From positions 200,074,001 to 200,138,000 of the forward strand of contig NC_091473.1 of NCBI RefSeq assembly GCF_036971445.1: a stretch of DNA of 64,000 bases. Reading direction: 5' to 3'. Position numbers and translations under genes: made by a program. Below are positions 61,072 to 64,000 of this stretch, one piece after another; positions within the stretch are counted from its first letter, which is position 1, and every line of letters begins with the position of its first letter. Source of the DNA: Narcine bancroftii (Eukaryota). Under the pieces are notes generated by a model. That model made no database searches. It saw only the letters and a list, made by a program, of their open reading frames with translations, and was not told the DNA's origin.

Positions 61072-62645
61072 GTGGGAGTGGGAGGCGGCGGCCCCAGTCC
61101 AGGCACAGGGAGAGCAGCAGCGGCCCCGGCCCCGGTCCGGGTGAAGGGTAGACGGCGGCGGCCCCGATACGGGCAGGAGCAAGGGGGAGACGGCGGCCCC
61201 GGCCTCGGTCGAGTGAGGCAGGCGGAGGCCCCGGTCCAGGCAGGGAGTGGGAGGCGGCGGCCCCAGTCCAGGCACAGGGAGAGCAGCAGCGGCCCCGGTC
61301 CGGGCGAAGGGTAAACGGTGGCGGCCCCGATACGGGCAGGAGCAAGGGGGCGACGGCGGCCCCGGCCTCGGTCGAGTGAGGCAGGCGGAGGCCTCGGTCC
61401 GGGCAGGGAGTGGGAGGCGGCGGCCCCAGTCCAGGCACAGGGAGAGCAGCAGCGGCCCTGGCCCCGGTCCGGGCGAAGGGTAGACGGCGGCGGCCCCGAT
61501 ACGGGCAGAAGCAAGGGGGAGACGGCGGCCCCGGCCTCGGTCGAGTGAGGCAGGCGGAGGCCCCGGTCCGGGCAGGGAGTGGGAGGCGGCGGCCCCAGTC
61601 CAGGCACAGGGAGAGCAGCAGCGGCCCCGGCCCCGGTCCGGGCGAAGGGTAGACGGCGGCGGCCCCGATACGGGCAGGAGCAAGGGGGAGACGGTGGCCC
61701 CGGCCTCGGTCGAGTGAGGCAGGCGGAGGCCCCGGTCCAGGAAGGGAGTGGGAGGCGGCGGCCCCAGTCCAGGCACAGGGAGAGCAGCAGCGGCCCCGGC
61801 CCCGGTCCGGGCGAAGGCAAGACGGCGGCGGCCCCGATACGGGCAGGAGCAAGGGGGAGACGGCGGCCCCGGCCTCGGTCGTGTGAGGCAGGCGGAGGCC
61901 CTGGTCCGGGCAGGGAGTGGGAGGCGGCGACCCCAGTCCAGGCACAGGGAGAGCAGCAGCGGCCCCGGTCCGGGCGAAGGGTAGACGGCGGCGGCCCCGA
62001 TACGGGCAGGAGCAAGGGGGAGACGGCGGCCCCGGCCTCGGTCGTGTGAGGCAGGCAGAGGCCCCGATACGGGCAGAGAGTTGGAGGCGGCGGCCCCAGT
62101 CCAGGCACAGGGAGAGCAGCAGCGGCCCCGGTCCGGGCGAAGGGTAGACGGCGGCGGCCCCGATATGGGCAGGAGCAAGGGGGAGACGGCGGCCCCGGCC
62201 TCGGTCGTGTGAGGCAGGCGGAGGCTCCGATACGGGCAGAGAGTTGGAGTCGGCGGCCCCAGTCCAGGCACAGGGAGAGCAGCAGTGGCCCCAGCCCCGG
62301 TCCGGGCGAAGGGTAGACGGCGGTGGCACGATACGGGCAGGAGCAAGGGGGAGACGGCGGCCCCGGCCTCGTTCGAGTGAGGCAGGCGGAGGCCCCGGTC
62401 CGGACAGGGAGTGGGAGGCGGCGGCCCCAGTCCGGGCACAGGGAGAGCAGCAGCGGCTCCGGCCCCGGTCCGGGCGAAGGGTAGACGGCTGCGGCCCCGA
62501 TCCGGGCAGGAGCAAGGGGGAGACGGCGGCCCCGGCCTCGGTCGAGTGAGGCAGGCGGAGGCCCCGATCCGGGCAGAGAGTGGGAGGCGGCGGCCCCAGT
62601 CCAGGCACAGGGTGAGCTGCGGCGGCCTCGGCCCCGGTCCAGGCA
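61072..62645 (+). repeat. 163-169-bp CpG-rich 5'UTR monomer array (9 full + 1 partial)
   Basis: Unit starts at ~61077, 61246, 61409, 61578, 61747, 61916, 62079, 62242, 62410 and 62579. Confidence 0.92.
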
Positions 62646-62865
62646 GTATGGACCGACCTAGGAGGGGAAGCAGGCCCCTCCAGCCCGGTTAAGAAACCTG
62701 CATAGGAGAAGGCCACTCCGATATAAAACCTACGACCCAAGGACCTCGCTGCCACGTCCCAGCTTGCTTGGCCACGGCACACGAACCATGGGTGTAAAGG
62801 GTGGGGCCAGTACTGCGCGCACTGCACTCCACCTAAAAGCTCCTTTGCGCAGGCCCGAGGACAAG

Positions 62866-63676
62866 TCCACGTCCTCCCCCTCCGCGTCCTCCCCCTCCGC
62901 GTCCTCCCCCTCCGCGTCCTCCCCCTCCGCGTCCTCCCCCTCCGCGTCCTCCCCCTCCGCGTCCTCCCCCTCCGCGTCCTCCCCCTCCGCGTCCTCCCCC
63001 TCCGCGTCCTCCCCCTCCGCGTCCTCCCCCTCCGCGTCCTCCCCCTCCGCGTCCTCCCCCTCCGCGTCCTCCCCCTCCGCGTCCTCCCCCTCCGCGTCCT
63101 CCCCCTCCGCGTCCTCCCCCTCCGCGTCCTCCCCCTCCGCGTCCTCCCCCTCCGCGTCCTCCCCCTCCGCGTCCTCCCCCTCCGCGTCCTCCCCCTCCGC
63201 GTCCTCCCCCTCCGCGTCCTCCCCCTCCGCGTCCTCCCCCTCCGCGTCCTCCCCCTCCGCGTCCTCCCCCTCCGCGTCCTCCCCCTCCGCGTCCTCCCCC
63301 TCCGCGTCCTCCCCCTCCGCGTCCTCCCCCTCCGCGTCCTCCCCCTCCGCGTCCTCCCCCTCCGCGTCCTCCCCCTCCGCGTCCTCCCCCTCCGCGTCCT
63401 CCCCCTCCGCGTCCTCCCCCTCCGCGTCCTCCCCCTCCGCGTCCTCCCCCTCCGCGTCCTCCCCCTCCGCGTCCTCCCCCTCCGCGTCCTCCCCCTCCGC
63501 GTCCTCCCCCTCCGCGTCCTCCCCCTCCGCGTCCTCCCCCTCCGCGTCCTCCCCCTCCGCGTCCTCCCCCTCCGCGTCCTCCCCCTCCGCGTCCTCCCCC
63601 TCCGCGTCCTCCCCCTCCGCGTCCTCCCCCTCCGCGTCCTCCCCCTCCGCGTCCTCCCCCTCCGCGTACTCCCCCC
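62866..63676 (+). repeat. 15-bp VNTR, 54 units, mostly TCCGCGTCCTCCCCC
   Basis: The first unit is TCCACG, followed by 52 perfect TCCGCG units and a final 16-bp variant. Confidence 0.95.
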
Positions 63677-64000
63677 TCAAAATATGCTCACAAACTCAAG
63701 CTAGCATGCTGGAACATCAGAACCATGCTAGACAAGGCTGACAGCCACCGACCTGAATGTCGGTCTGCCCTCATTGCACATGAACTCCTCAGACTTGACA
63801 TCGACATAGCCGCTCTCAGTGAAGTCCGCCTGGCAGATGTAGGCAGCCTCCAAGAACGCGGCGCGGGCTACACACTCTACTGGTCTGGCAAGCCTTCGGA
63901 TGAACGACGCCTATCTGGTGTAGGCTTCATGGTCAAGAGCTTCATTGCCTCCAAACTCGAAAATCTTCCGACAGGCCTCTCGGAACGAATCATGTCCATG

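Larger units (their letters stand above)
61072..64000 (+). mobile_element. RTE-clade LINE, 5' end with ~9.3 UTR monomers, 54-unit VNTR and endonuclease, continuing past the window
   Basis: Near-identical to 1384-2548, with a +1 frameshift at the end of the VNTR. Confidence 0.93.

Noticed and set aside
60987-62827. Long Pro/Gly/Arg-rich minus-strand ORFs (373-593 aa; also 764-1981)
   Set aside because: Stop-poor frames produced by the GC-rich RTE monomers.
62730-63680. (EGEDA)n acidic ORF, and the (EGEDV)n / (RGRTW)n frames at 1371-2228
   Set aside because: Antisense readings of the 15-bp VNTR.

Overview
Eukaryotic, repeat-dominated window. The CR1/Rex1/L1/RTE and ERV content suggests a cartilaginous fish, probably a ray (inference). 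The backbone is a cluster of KRAB-less C2H2 zinc-finger genes: one intact 10-finger ORF (13066-13905 +), one 26-unit ORF built on a 5-finger (420-bp) higher-order repeat (47196-49358 -), two frameshifted pseudogene arrays and a one-finger remnant. The three copies that retain a start codon share a splice acceptor just before the ATG, and the plus-strand copies share a 3' flank. The cluster is filled with mobile DNA: two degenerate copies of a gamma/epsilon-like ERV (tRNA-Pro PBS, env); a very young non-autonomous ERV with near-identical LTRs and a 4-bp TSD nested in a solo LTR nested in an L1; young RTE LINEs with tandem ~169-bp CpG-rich 5' monomers and a 15-bp coding VNTR in frame with the endonuclease; two LINE insertions with 5'-inversion (twin-priming) structure; MITEs; and Gypsy remnants. 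A processed CUL1 pseudogene, not evident from the ORF track, lies on the minus strand at ~57370-60118, split by an inverted L1. There is one assembly gap (50413-50768). No rRNA, tRNA or CRISPR features were seen.
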